Source: Planctomycetota bacterium (GTDB lineage Bacteria > Planctomycetota > MHYJ01 > WSZJ01). From it: a DNA stretch of 64,000 nucleotides. The position numbers were made by a program, and so were the translations under genes. Every line of letters starts with the position of its first letter. Position 1 is the stretch's first letter. Location of the stretch: assembly GCA_038060895.1 (NCBI GenBank), contig JBBTCT010000009.1:80082-144081 (forward strand), in the 5' to 3' direction. This document shows positions 55,660 to 64,000 of the stretch, in pieces. The notes beneath the pieces were generated by a model, which was not told the origin of the DNA, did no database searches, and worked only from the letters and a program-made list of their open reading frames with translations.

Positions 55660-56529
55660 TCAGGGCGCGGGCGGATGGAAGACCGGTCCGCCGATCGCCG
55701 CGAGCTGCAGCACGAAACACGCGAGCGTGACGAAGAACAGGATCAGCGGCAGCACCGCCACCAGCTTGTTGAGCGCGTGAACTGCGTCCTCGAAGTGCCG
55801 CTGCGCGAGCTTGGCGAGCGCCTTGTCGATGCTCCCCGCCTCTTCACCGGCTCGCAGCATTTCGATGCTGAAGAGAGGCAGCACCGGCGCCAGCGTTTCG
55901 ACCAGCGGCCGGTTCACGTCACCGGCCGCGGCGGCGCGCGCGCGGACGCCGGTCGGTCCACCCGCCGCATCGGCGGCAAGCTCGATTGCGCGCTTCATTG
56001 GCAAGGCCGCGTCGAGCGCGCCGGCGAGGGCGTCGCAGAAGCGGGCGCAGGCGACATCGCGGCGGATTGGACCGGCGACGGGAAGGCTCTCGGCGATGCG
56101 GCTGGAGAGGATGGCGCGGACGATGAAGAAGAGGACCCAGATTCCTGCGAGGTTATAGAGGAGCAAGGCGACCGACGCGGTCGCGAAAATCCACTGGATC
56201 ACCCAGGGTGCGATCACCATGCCGTGCATGACGATCAGCGGGTAAATAAGGATGGCCCGCAGCCGCCGCTTCAGGATCAACGCCTCTCGCGCCCGGCGCG
56301 CCAATCCTTTCAGCGCCGCCTCAAGGCGCCCCGTCGTTTCCGCCGCCCGCACGGTCGCCACGTCGAGCTCCGGGATGCCGCCTGCCGCCAGGATGTCCGC
56401 GAGCGGCCGCCCGTCGGCGAGCGGGGCCAGGTCGGGCCGGCCGGCGGACGCCAGCGCCTTTGGCAATGGGAGCGCCGAGCCGACGGTGGCGGCCAGGGCC
56501 GTGTAAAAAGCGTCGAGGGGAAGCGGCAT
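55660..56529 (-). CDS. Type II secretion system F / PilC-like protein
   Basis: AAETTGRLE, LIYP and MLRAGEEAGSID repeats. Confidence 0.8.
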   Translation of the reverse strand: MPLPLDAFYTALAATVGSALPLPKALASAGRPDLAPLADGRPLADILAAGGIPELDVATVRAAETTGRLEAALKGLARRAREALILKRRLRAILIYPLIVMHGMVIAPWVIQWIFATASVALLLYNLAGIWVLFFIVRAILSSRIAESLPVAGPIRRDVACARFCDALAGALDAALPMKRAIELAADAAGGPTGVRARAAAAGDVNRPLVETLAPVLPLFSIEMLRAGEEAGSIDKALAKLAQRHFEDAVHALNKLVAVLPLILFFVTLACFVLQLAAIGGPVFHPPAP

Positions 56530-56612
56530 CCGTTTTGGGATGACGGGCTGTTCGTGGAATCACGGTGATTCGGTGCGGCCCGGCGGCATCAGTTTAGTAG
56601 AGGAAATGAATT

Positions 56613-56651
56613 CGCGGATGAAGGCGAATGTCGCGGAAAAGGCCGCGGATA
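56613..56651 (+). repeat. Second copy of the 17744-17873 repeat arm
   Basis: CGCGGATGAAGGCGAATGTCGCGGAAAAGGCCGCGGATA versus CGCGGATGAAGGCGAATGACGCGGAAACGGCCGCGGATA (2 mismatches). Confidence 0.8.
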
Positions 56652-56789
56652 AACCCCTTCGGGAGAACAGCCGTGGGCTCTCCTGTATCGGCTCGTTGCC
56701 CGCCCCGCGCGCCGCTGCTAATCTCCGCTCTTCCCGCAGCACCGGAGCCGCTCTCCTTGCCTGATCGCCGATCGTTCCAGTTCCCCAAG

Positions 56790-57494
56790 ATGCGGACGTT
56801 TCTCCGTCGCATCCTCATCCTCGTCCTTTTCATCGTCGGCGACCCGACCCCTTACTCCCTCATCGCCGGCAGCATCCTCATCTTCCTCGGCCAGGTCCTG
56901 CACTTCGTCGCCGCGGGGACTCTCATCAAGACCGAAGTCCTCACGATCGCCGGCCCCTATCGCTGGGTTCGCAACCCCTTCTACCTCTCCAATGTTTTCA
57001 CCGATGCCGGTTTCTGCGTCATCGCCTGGAACCCCTGGGTCCCGATCGCGTGGTTCATCGGGTTCTACGGGTTCGTCCTCCACCCGCGCACGAAATCTGA
57101 AGAGAAGGAACTGCTCGGCATCCACGGGCAGGCCTACCAGGACTACCTCGACAAGGTCCCGCGCTACATCCCGTCGCTCTTTCCGAAATACCCCCACGTT
57201 CGCGGCGCCTTCTCCCTCGAGGCGCTTCATCACAACCGCGAGATACCACGAAATCTCCGGCACTTCGCGTTCGCGATCCTCTTCGTCGCGAAGGACATCA
57301 TGATCCGGGGGCAGGGCGGTAACCAGTGGTCCGTGAGGGGATTCCCGGCGCTCCTTCACGACGGCCTCGGCGCGTTCTGCTTCTGGACCGGCGTTTCGAT
57401 GGTGCTCGCTCCGTGGCTGTTCAGGCTCTTCCGAAAGCTGTTCTTCCCGAAAGTGAAGTCCGCGGCCCCGGCCGCGGAAAAGGCCGCCCCATGA
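56790..57494 (+). CDS. Isoprenylcysteine carboxyl/phospholipid methyltransferase family membrane protein
   Basis: L..AGPYRWVRNPFY and EE..L...G..Y..Y...VPRYIP motifs. Confidence 0.88.
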   Translation: MRTFLRRILILVLFIVGDPTPYSLIAGSILIFLGQVLHFVAAGTLIKTEVLTIAGPYRWVRNPFYLSNVFTDAGFCVIAWNPWVPIAWFIGFYGFVLHPRTKSEEKELLGIHGQAYQDYLDKVPRYIPSLFPKYPHVRGAFSLEALHHNREIPRNLRHFAFAILFVAKDIMIRGQGGNQWSVRGFPALLHDGLGAFCFWTGVSMVLAPWLFRLFRKLFFPKVKSAAPAAEKAAP

Positions 57495-58321
57495 CACGGC
57501 TCTGGACCTGGACCATCGTCGCTTTCTGGGCGCTCGTCATGGCGCTTCTGTTCCGCGACAAGGTTCTGCCGTCCATGCTCCAGATCTGGTACCCGACCTA
57601 TCCTGAGGGACTTCAACACCTCGAGGAGGAGGATTACCAGATGGGCATTTTCCTCCAGGGCCAGAAGGGCGAAACGCGCATCGGCACGAGCCGGACGACC
57701 GTTTCGCCGTGGCAGGCGCAACGTCCGGAGGACACCGCGTTCTCGATCCAGGACGAGACCACCATCGACCTGTCGGCGCTCGGGCAGGCCATAGGCTCGG
57801 AACTCACGATCACCACGACCACGCTCCTCGATGCGCGCTATCACGTGAAGACCTATGACGTCGTCATCAGGACCGGGATCGGCAACTTCGAAATGAACGG
57901 CGTCGTGCGCGACAAGACGCACCTCGGGATCAGGATCAAAACCCCATTTCGACCCGAACCCGAGGAGCGTTCCATCGAGTTCGACAGTGCAATGGCGCTC
58001 GCAACCGGGCTGACCCCGATCCACCCGCCATCAGGCCTTCGAATCGGCAGGGAATGGACCGTTCACCGCATTGATCCGCTCTCCATTGTTTTTGGCTCGG
58101 AGCTGAAGCGCAAACCGCTGGTGGCCCGCGTCGAGCGGATGGAGGAAATCCAGGTCATGGGGGAGAAGCGCTCCGCGTTCGTCGTGTCGCTTCGCGGCGA
58201 CCGCTACGAAGCTCTCGCGTGGGTCGACGAAGCCGGGAAGATCCTGCAAGAGCGCGTTCCCTTCGGTTCGGGTTGGCCGCTCCTCATGCGCCGCGAGCCC
58301 GTCTCGGGGTCCGCGAAATGA
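57491..58321 (+). CDS. Hypothetical exported protein, translationally coupled to the ABC transporter
   Basis: N-terminal TM; ATGA overlaps on both sides. Confidence 0.7.
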   Translation: MTRLWTWTIVAFWALVMALLFRDKVLPSMLQIWYPTYPEGLQHLEEEDYQMGIFLQGQKGETRIGTSRTTVSPWQAQRPEDTAFSIQDETTIDLSALGQAIGSELTITTTTLLDARYHVKTYDVVIRTGIGNFEMNGVVRDKTHLGIRIKTPFRPEPEERSIEFDSAMALATGLTPIHPPSGLRIGREWTVHRIDPLSIVFGSELKRKPLVARVERMEEIQVMGEKRSAFVVSLRGDRYEALAWVDEAGKILQERVPFGSGWPLLMRREPVSGSAK

Positions 58322-59055
58322 TCTCCTTTGAGGGCGCGGGCCGCCGCTTCGGTTCCAAGGTCGCCGTGCACCCGCTCAACCTTTCCGTCGCGCGCGGCGA
58401 GTTTTTCGCCTTTCTCGGGCCGAACGGGGCAGGGAAGACCACCACGCTCAAGCTGGCCGCAGGGCTCCTGCGGCCTGGCGAAGGGCGGATCCTCGTCGGC
58501 GGCATCGACATCAACGTCGACCCGATCGGCGCGAAGCGCCTTCTGGCGTACGTCCCCGACCAGCCTTACCTGTACGACAAACTCTCCGGCAGGGAGTTTC
58601 TTCGCTTCGTCGCAGGGCTCTACGGGATCGATGTAGCCTCCGCGCGCCCCGACATCGAACGGTTCGTCGCCCTCTTCGACATGGCGGACTGGATCGACGA
58701 GCTGACCGAGACTTATTCGCACGGCATGAAGCAGCGCGTCGCCCTCGCCTCAACGCTGCTGCACAAGCCGAAGGTCGTCCTTCTCGACGAGCCGCTGGTC
58801 GGACTTGACCCGCAGACCGGGCGTCTGGTGAAGGGAATCCTGCGCGAGCAGGCTTCCAGCGGAACGACCATTTTCATGTCGACGCACGTGCTTTCGGTTG
58901 CGGAGCAGACGGCCGACCGCATAGGCATCCTGAATCACGGAAGGCTCGTCGCCCTCGGAACGATGGATGAATTGCGCGCGAAAGCCGGCACTCCCGAGAA
59001 CCTGGAGGACATTTTCTTCCGGATCGTCGAGGCGGAGGAGGCGAAGCGCAAATGA
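58318..59055 (+). CDS. ABC transporter ATP-binding protein
   Basis: GPNGAGKTT, YSHGMKQR, LLDEP and STH motifs. Confidence 0.96.
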   Translation: MISFEGAGRRFGSKVAVHPLNLSVARGEFFAFLGPNGAGKTTTLKLAAGLLRPGEGRILVGGIDINVDPIGAKRLLAYVPDQPYLYDKLSGREFLRFVAGLYGIDVASARPDIERFVALFDMADWIDELTETYSHGMKQRVALASTLLHKPKVVLLDEPLVGLDPQTGRLVKGILREQASSGTTIFMSTHVLSVAEQTADRIGILNHGRLVALGTMDELRAKAGTPENLEDIFFRIVEAEEAKRK

Positions 59056-60830
59056 CGGGCGCTCCTGCCAGCCATCCACGGTTGCTCCTCTGGCTCCGCC
59101 TGACCGATCTTCGGAACAGGCTTACGCGCGGGGATCGATCCTGGTTCAAAATCGGCGTGGTCACGGCGTTCGGTCTCGCGTTCTGGTTCGGCCTCTTCCT
59201 CCTGTTCGACGAGGCGTTCACGTTCCTGTCCGCCCAGCAGGAGTCCGCGTACGAGTTGACACGGTTCCTTCTCGCGATCTTCTTTTTCTTCCTCGGGCTG
59301 ATGCTCGTGTTCTCGAACGCGATCATCTCTTGGACGTCGCTCTTCAGGTCTGCCGAGACCGCCTTTCTCATGGCGTCGCCCGTGCGCGAAGAGCACCTCT
59401 TTGGGTACAAGTTCATCGAGACGCTGTGGTTTTCCTCCTGGGCGTTTCTGTTCCTGGGCACGCCTCTGATCGTGGCATTCGGGCGGACCATGGGGCTCGG
59501 TCTCTCGTTCTATGCGGGCTCCGCCGTCCTGATCGGGATGTTCATTTTCATCCCTGCCGCGCTCGGCAACATCTCTGCGCTTCTGATTGCCCGGTACGTG
59601 TCGCGCTTTCGCCGCAGGATCCTCGTCATCGCCGGCGGAGGTCTTCTCGGGATCGCGCTTTTCCTCATCTACCAGATCCTCTCGATTCGCGGGTCGGCGT
59701 CCCCGCTTTCGCCGCAGTGGATGCGCTCCGTCCTTTCGAATCTCGAACTCGCGCAGAGCCCCCTGTGCCCCTCGTTCTGGGTTGCCGACGGGGTCTCCGC
59801 ACTCGCCCTGTCTTCAAGGGCATCCGGGCTCTCCTCCGCCCCGGACCAGGCCATGTTTGCGGTTGAAGTCCGCTCCGGGCTGTCCGAGGTCGCCGCGAAA
59901 GCGCGCTGGGACGTCCTTCTCTACGGCCTCGCCATCTTCGCCAACGCCCTCTTCTTCACGCGCATCGGCTACGTCCTTTCGCGCCGATGGTTCTTCGAGT
60001 CCTGGTGCGCCGCCCAGGCGTCAGACCGCACCCGGCGCTTCCCGGAATCCCGGGCCCGCGAAGCGGCATGGAACGCGGTCTTTGTGTTCCTTCCGGCGCG
60101 GCTGCGCATTCTCGTGCTGAAGGACCTGCGCTCGTTCGTGCGCGACCCCGTGCAGTGGTCCCAGTTCCTCATCTTCTTCGGACTCCTCGCGGTCTATTTC
60201 CTCAACCTCCGCAGCTTCGCGTACCACGTCAAGATTGGGGCGTGGAAAGCGCTCATCGCCCTCCTCAACCTCTGCGCAACATCGCTCACCCTCTCGACGT
60301 TCACGACACGGTTCGTTTTCCCGCAGCTTTCGCTGGAGGGGAAGCGCTTCTGGCTGCTGGGCGTGGCGCCCACCTCGCGTTCGATGGTCGTCGCTGGAAA
60401 ATTCCTGTTCTCGTTCGTCGGCTCCCTCCTGGTTTCGGAATCCCTGATTCTGACCTCTTCCGCCATGCTGCAGGTCCCGGGACCCACCATCGCGCTTCAG
60501 GCCGTCGCGACCGTGGCAATCTGCTTCGGCTTGAGCGGACTCTCGGTCGGGCTCGGCGCCGTTTTTCCGAATTTTCGCGAAGACAACCCTTCCAAGATCG
60601 TCTCCGGCTTCGGCGGGACGCTGAACCTCATCCTCTCCCTGGCGTTCGTCTCGACGATGATGGCCATCACCGCGTACTTCGGGCGAGGCATGGTGGTGGA
60701 AGGCCTGGAGGCCGCGAACTGGCGGAGCGGGCTGGCGGCCGGCGCGGGTTCACTGCTGGCCTTTTCCCTGCTCGCGGGCGGCGTCCCGCTGACGATGGGG
60801 CTGCGTTCGATCCGCCGGCTGGAACTCTAA
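59052..60830 (+). CDS. Putative ABC exporter permease
   Basis: Multi-TM; KD.R.F.RD..QWSQ and RFVFP..SLEG..FW motifs. Confidence 0.85.
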   Translation: MTGAPASHPRLLLWLRLTDLRNRLTRGDRSWFKIGVVTAFGLAFWFGLFLLFDEAFTFLSAQQESAYELTRFLLAIFFFFLGLMLVFSNAIISWTSLFRSAETAFLMASPVREEHLFGYKFIETLWFSSWAFLFLGTPLIVAFGRTMGLGLSFYAGSAVLIGMFIFIPAALGNISALLIARYVSRFRRRILVIAGGGLLGIALFLIYQILSIRGSASPLSPQWMRSVLSNLELAQSPLCPSFWVADGVSALALSSRASGLSSAPDQAMFAVEVRSGLSEVAAKARWDVLLYGLAIFANALFFTRIGYVLSRRWFFESWCAAQASDRTRRFPESRAREAAWNAVFVFLPARLRILVLKDLRSFVRDPVQWSQFLIFFGLLAVYFLNLRSFAYHVKIGAWKALIALLNLCATSLTLSTFTTRFVFPQLSLEGKRFWLLGVAPTSRSMVVAGKFLFSFVGSLLVSESLILTSSAMLQVPGPTIALQAVATVAICFGLSGLSVGLGAVFPNFREDNPSKIVSGFGGTLNLILSLAFVSTMMAITAYFGRGMVVEGLEAANWRSGLAAGAGSLLAFSLLAGGVPLTMGLRSIRRLEL

Positions 60831-60843
60831 GGCCGGCCGTGTC

Positions 60844-60880
60844 AAAAAAAAGCCCCGGGAGATCTTCTCTCCCGGGGCTT
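60844..60880 (-). terminator. Terminator (T-tract on the minus strand) between convergent operons
   Basis: AAAAAAAAGCCCCGGGAGA...TCTCCCGGGGCTT. Confidence 0.8.
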
Positions 60881-60894
60881 GAATCGCCGATGAC

Positions 60895-61401
60895 CTAGTC
60901 CTTGAAGAACTCGTCCACCTTGTTCTGCGCCGCGCTGGAATACCCGGTGTCCATCGCCTGCTTCGGCCCGGTCTTCTTGCTCGCGTCCGTGAACACCGTC
61001 ACCATCTTCTTCGTCACTTCGTTCGAGTACAGCCGCACCATTCCGACCGTCGTCTTGTCGTCGAAGATGATCGCCAGCAACGTCCGGTTTCCGACCAGCG
61101 TCAGATGGATGTTGTCCTTCTTCCCCTGGTGAAACAGCACGCTGAATTCCTCTTCGCCCAGGATGCGCGCCATTTCCTTCGTCGCCGCGAACGATCCTGC
61201 GACCAGCGCCGCAATCGTGTCGGTGTCGTACGAGGAACTGCCACCCGACTTCGTCACCAGGTGGCCGTCCTTGTCGATCAGGAGCGCGCACTTCGCCTTC
61301 GACAGCCGGAGCATTTCCTCCAGCATCTTGTCGATCTTGTCGATGTCTTCCTTGTAGAAGACAAGGCGTGAGTTTCTGAGTCTTTCGTCAGCTTCACGCA
61401 T
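60895..61401 (-). CDS. mglB: MglB-family roadblock/LC7 GTPase-activating protein
   Basis: AKCALLIDKDG, AAL.AG.FAAT..MA..LGEEEF..LFHQG..DNIH and FDD.T..G.VRL, typical of MglB. Confidence 0.88.
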   Translation of the reverse strand: MREADERLRNSRLVFYKEDIDKIDKMLEEMLRLSKAKCALLIDKDGHLVTKSGGSSSYDTDTIAALVAGSFAATKEMARILGEEEFSVLFHQGKKDNIHLTLVGNRTLLAIIFDDKTTVGMVRLYSNEVTKKMVTVFTDASKKTGPKQAMDTGYSSAAQNKVDEFFKD

Positions 61402-61473
61402 GAACCGCTCCTGTCGTCGTGGTGTGAGGGATGTCTGAACCGGATTCTATCACGCGGGGCGTGCGCTGATCTC

Positions 61474-62457
61474 TCAATTCGTTCCGGACAGGACGGCCGC
61501 CACCAGGCAGGCGGCCGCGAGCATCGCCGTCGTTGCGGCCACCAGGATCATGCCGAAGCACCCCTCGCTCTTGGCGGGCGCGGGCGGCGGGGGAGCGTGG
61601 GCAGGGGGAGGAGGAGCCGCGGGTCTCTGCTGCGGCGTGAATTGGGGTTGCGGCGGACGGGCAGCCGGTTGCGGCGGACGGGCCGCCGGTTGCGGTGCGC
61701 GGGCAGCGGGCTGCGCTTGAGGCGGCCGCGCCACAGGCTGGGGCGGACGCGCTGCCGGCTGAGGCTGCCCCGGACGCGGCGCGGCGGGCGCCGCACCTCC
61801 CGAAACGGGCGTTCCCATCGACGGCGTCCCACCCTTGATCAGCGGCGCCGTCGAAGCCGTCGCCGACTTCACGTAGTCCCGGTTGAGCCTCTCCAGCACC
61901 AGCTTCGAAATTCCCTTCAACGTCGCCAGCACCCCTTCACCTTTCACGGCCACCGCTTCGTACGTCGGCAGCTTCCACTTGTTCATCTTCGTGTTCAGGT
62001 CGTCCACCGACAGGGCGCCCGGCAAATCGCGCTTGTTGTACTGCAGCACGAAGGGCGTCTCGAAGGGATCCATTCCGTGGGCGATCATGTTTTCGACCAG
62101 GTTGTTGAGCGACTCCAGGTTCTCAACCATTTTGGCCGGGTTCGAGTCCGCGACGAACACGACGCCGTCCGCGCCCTGCAGAACGAGTTTGCGCGTCGAG
62201 TTGTAGTAGACCTGCCCCGGCACCGTATACAGCTGAAACTTGGTGCGCATGCCGGCGACTTCGCCGAGGTCGAGGGGGAGGAAATCGAAGAAGAGCGTCC
62301 GGTCGCCTTCGGTGGCGATCGACGTCATCTTGCCTTTCGACCCGGTGGGCGCCTTCTGGTGGACGATCTCGAGGTTCGTGGTCTTCCCCGAGAGCCCAGG
62401 GCCGTAATAGACGATCTTGCAGTTGACTTCACGTCGGGCGAAGTTGATCTGAACCAT
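61474..62457 (-). CDS. mglA: MglA-family small GTPase with Pro/Gln-rich linker and C-terminal hydrophobic anchor
   Basis: KIVYYGPGLSGKTTNL, DRTLFFDF, LYTVPGQV.Y and QYNKRDL motifs. Confidence 0.92.
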   Translation of the reverse strand: MVQINFARREVNCKIVYYGPGLSGKTTNLEIVHQKAPTGSKGKMTSIATEGDRTLFFDFLPLDLGEVAGMRTKFQLYTVPGQVYYNSTRKLVLQGADGVVFVADSNPAKMVENLESLNNLVENMIAHGMDPFETPFVLQYNKRDLPGALSVDDLNTKMNKWKLPTYEAVAVKGEGVLATLKGISKLVLERLNRDYVKSATASTAPLIKGGTPSMGTPVSGGAAPAAPRPGQPQPAARPPQPVARPPQAQPAARAPQPAARPPQPAARPPQPQFTPQQRPAAPPPPAHAPPPPAPAKSEGCFGMILVAATTAMLAAACLVAAVLSGTN

Positions 62458-62473
62458 GATGAGCCGGGGTCTC

Positions 62474-62827
62474 CTACGCCCGAATCTGCCCCATCTGCCG
62501 AATGCGGTACGCCGCGGCGGAAATGGCGATCAGGGTCACGTCCATGTTGATTCGCTGGTCAAGGATGACGACGAGGTACGCGATTCCGATGTCGATGAAC
62601 ACGATCTTTCCGAAGCCCGCTTCCAGCACGAACTTGGAGAGATTCGGCTGGCCGAGCTTGTTCAGGTTCTGATTGATCGACTGAATGGCGCCGGAAGCGA
62701 CGGCTGCAACCACGTCTGCGGAGAGACCGGGGCCGAGTTCAGTGGCCACGACGATCCCGTCCTGGGTGACGACCATGGAGCCTTTGACGCCGACTTCCTG
62801 GTTCAGCTCGCTGAGGATCTCGTTCAT
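62474..62827 (-). CDS. Roadblock/LC7 domain protein
   Basis: IL.ELN...GVKGSMVVT.DGIVVA pattern; GGAGAGG RBS; ATG at 62827. Confidence 0.85.
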   Translation of the reverse strand: MNEILSELNQEVGVKGSMVVTQDGIVVATELGPGLSADVVAAVASGAIQSINQNLNKLGQPNLSKFVLEAGFGKIVFIDIGIAYLVVILDQRINMDVTLIAISAAAYRIRQMGQIRA

Positions 62828-62900
62828 GTCGCCTCTCCGGCGGAGTTGACGCGAAGTGTAGCATGCGTTCAAGCGGGGACATCACGAAAGTCTCGAACCC

Positions 62901-63998
62901 TTACGCCTTCAGGACCGTGTCGATGTATGAGTTCAGGGCCGTCCGCACAACCTCGTCACGAGTCGTCTTGGTCGTCACCACGGCAATCAGGTGGCCGCCC
63001 GCCTCGACCATGTGAAGCCGCATCCCGGGCGCTTCCAGAATCCCGCGCTTGAACGAGCCGATGTCCATCCTTCGCGCCGAGTCTTCGCTTCCGGTATAGA
63101 TGTTCCAGATCATCTCCGCCAGCTCCGCGCTCGATCCGCTCGCCGCGAAGCTGCCGACGACCTTTCCGCTTTCGTCCATGACCATCGCGGCTTTCGCGCC
63201 TTCGACGCGCTTGAAGTCGGCGACGTGAGAAGCGGCGAGCTGGGGGTCGAGACGGGCCGGGGCGGCCTGGCCCTTGTTGTATTCGATGGGGAAGATGTTC
63301 GCCAGGTCGCGGCATTCCTCGTTCGTGCCGCCGAGCTGGACGTTCTTGAAGAGCTCTTCGATGTCGGTGCCGAGTGGCTCCTTGCCCTGGAGCTTGTCGA
63401 CGAGGCGCCGGGCTTTTTCGTCATCGGGGGCGAATCGAAGGATGTTGTTGAGCTGAGTTCCCGCGCGATCGAAGGCGCCGACTTCGGTGAACATCCGGGC
63501 GAGCATGGCGCAGGCCTTGTAGTTCATGGGATTGGCGCGCGAGGCGGACTCGAGGTGTTCGATGCACTTGAGGCCGTCCTGGGAGAGGCGGTCGGCCTGG
63601 TAGCGGACGAACCGGATGAGCCCGGTGAGGAGGTGGAGATCCTCGCTTTCGGGGAATTTCTCGAGGCCCTCGTTGGCGAGTTCGAGGGCGCGGTTGAGGT
63701 CGTTCATGTCGCGGTAGTACAGGTCGGCGAGGCGGGCGTAAGTCTCTGCTTTCGGCCGCGTCTCGATTTCCTTCTGGAGCTTGGCGAGCGTCTGCTGGTT
63801 GTGCAGCCGCATGATCTGCGCGTGGATCTCCTTGACCTTGGGCGAATCGGGAAATCGCTCGACCGCCCGGCGGACGCATTCGACGGCATTGTTGTATTCG
63901 CCGCTCTGGTAGTACTTCTCGGCGAGGGTCGAGAGCGTGGCGGGTGACGTGTTGCGCCGCGCCTCGGCCTCGAGTTTTTCGAGGTCGCGACGCTTGTT
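62901..63998 (-). CDS. TPR-repeat protein with C-terminal roadblock/LC7 domain (5' truncated by the window)
   Basis: Frame is open to the window edge. TPR helices (LAEKYYQSGEYNNAVE, LADLYY...ALE); C-terminal G.KAAMVMDESG...GILE. Confidence 0.8.
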   Translation of the reverse strand, partial: NKRRDLEKLEAEARRNTSPATLSTLAEKYYQSGEYNNAVECVRRAVERFPDSPKVKEIHAQIMRLHNQQTLAKLQKEIETRPKAETYARLADLYYRDMNDLNRALELANEGLEKFPESEDLHLLTGLIRFVRYQADRLSQDGLKCIEHLESASRANPMNYKACAMLARMFTEVGAFDRAGTQLNNILRFAPDDEKARRLVDKLQGKEPLGTDIEELFKNVQLGGTNEECRDLANIFPIEYNKGQAAPARLDPQLAASHVADFKRVEGAKAAMVMDESGKVVGSFAASGSSAELAEMIWNIYTGSEDSARRMDIGSFKRGILEAPGMRLHMVEAGGHLIAVVTTKTTRDEVVRTALNSYIDTVLKA

Positions 63999-64000
63999 CC

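Noticed and set aside
61640-61770. Roughly 21-nt tandem repeats considered as CRISPR or VNTR
   Set aside because: They encode the PQPAARP linker of MglA. There are no unique spacers or cas genes, and no CRISPR array was seen anywhere in the window.

Overview
High-GC bacterial chromosomal segment, most likely from a Planctomycetota-type organism. This is an inference from the dcw cluster ending at ddl without ftsQ/ftsA/ftsZ and from several planctomycete-style families. Core content: a dcw cluster (mraZ-orf-rsmH-ftsL-ftsI-murE-murF-two small orfs-mraY-ftsW-murG-murC-murB-ddl, no murD), an mreBCD-mrdA-rodA operon, moeA, lnt, yebC, pdxA, a copper-resistance cassette, an ABC exporter and an MglA/MglB-roadblock cluster at the right edge. 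Two things stand out. (1) Two tandem exported Trx-like/PDZ genes (46436-49127, minus strand) are split by the ORF track. Each reads F-R-UGA-V-P-UGA-x-S-C, followed by a covarying SECIS-like hairpin and a CxxCH motif, so they are candidate double-selenocysteine (UxxU) proteins. (2) A ~2.07 kb IS1595-family element (18513-20580) has imperfect TIRs and an 8-bp direct repeat. It carries an atypical tRNA with a TGG anticodon, preceded by a Pro-rich mini-ORF and hairpins. Also seen: a sigma-54 promoter for a small secreted acidic peptide, a recurrent 27-bp intergenic palindrome, heptamer tandem repeats, MITE/REP-like inverted repeats and a membrane-anchored MglA. All product calls come from motif recognition by eye; no database searches were run.
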